DNA of 33,012 nt from a virus, in the IMG/VR virus record IMGVR_UViG_3300045988_152528, positions 1-33,012 of that record; one strand, given 5' to 3'. The notes beneath the pieces were generated by a model. That model searched no databases. It was not told where the DNA came from and saw only the letters and a list, made by a program, of their open reading frames with translations. Within the stretch, counting starts at the first letter, position 1, and every line of letters starts with the position of its first letter. Both the position numbers and the translations under genes were made by a program. Shown one piece after another: positions 32,902-33,012 of this stretch.

Positions 32902-32930
32902 ATTATACCACTCATTGAGTGGTATGTCAA
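32902..32930 (-). promoter_or_regulatory. Perfect consensus promoter TTGACA-17-TATAAT (minus strand) with an embedded 21-bp perfect palindrome (32905-32925) as candidate operator.
   Basis: The reverse complement reads TTGACAtaccactcaatgagtggTATAAT. The palindrome ataccactca-a-tgagtggtat spans the spacer and the -10 box. Confidence 0.75.
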
Positions 32931-33012
32931 GAGAAATATCAATTAAATTTAAAAATAAAGTTACTCGGTTAAATTGTTATTTTTCAGATTCACCGGAAAA
33001 GTTTTATCTCAG

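Noticed and set aside
1-33012. tRNA, tmRNA or rRNA genes.
   Set aside because: Reading the non-coding gaps (5207-5489, 7027-7232, 7974-8158, 10327-10469, 12824-12929, 30569-30874) showed no cloverleaf-compatible sequence with T-loop GTTCRANNC features. Only a proper tRNA scanner could fully exclude them.

Overview
The window is a complete, circularly closed genome. Positions 1-55 repeat at 32958-33012, so the unique length is 32,957 bp. It looks like a temperate siphovirus-like phage or phage-plasmid of a Gram-positive, Clostridia-like host: strong AGGAGG ribosome-binding sites, an endolysin with CHAP and cell-wall-binding repeats, and HK97-type head genes.

Gene order:
- large serine recombinase (440-2008, -) with a 48-bp palindrome beside it (candidate attP)
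- an inserted IS110-family element (transposase 2285-3451)
- an accessory module of a membrane protein plus a small HTH protein (3744-5206)
- a CI-like repressor with divergent consensus promoters (5490-6033)
- a long early operon of very small, often Cys-rich proteins, which also holds an HUH rolling-circle Rep (8159-8974), an RNase H-like protein and a tyrosine recombinase (12930-13964)
- the late module: sigma-region-4-like regulator, HNH, TerS, TerL, portal, protease, capsid, connectors, major tail protein, G/G-T chaperone with a -1 frameshift, tape measure, distal tail proteins, BppU-type fibre
- lysis genes: XkdX-like protein, holin, endolysin

The most interesting region is the slot between the lysis genes and the att site (30.6-32.9 kb). 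It holds a full-length solo Cas7 (Csd2/type I-C-like) with no other cas gene in the genome. Convergent with it is a promoter-driven single type I-C-like CRISPR repeat (...CGCCCGTTTCGGGCGTGGATTGAAAA), followed by about 36 nt and a hairpin terminator. Upstream of cas7 is an acr/aca-like operon: a perfect TTGACA-17-TATAAT promoter with an embedded 21-bp palindrome, an 84-aa very acidic protein, a 112-130-aa unknown protein, and an HTH protein. I read this as a candidate protein-plus-RNA anti-CRISPR or CRISPR-hijacking module. This is inference.

This whole 4.4-kb lysis and anti-defence arc is bracketed by a 354-bp inverted repeat that I found identical wherever I compared it. The repeat duplicates the AT-rich C-terminal 101 codons of the tail fibre.

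All functional calls rest on motif recognition by eye. No HMM or BLAST search was possible.
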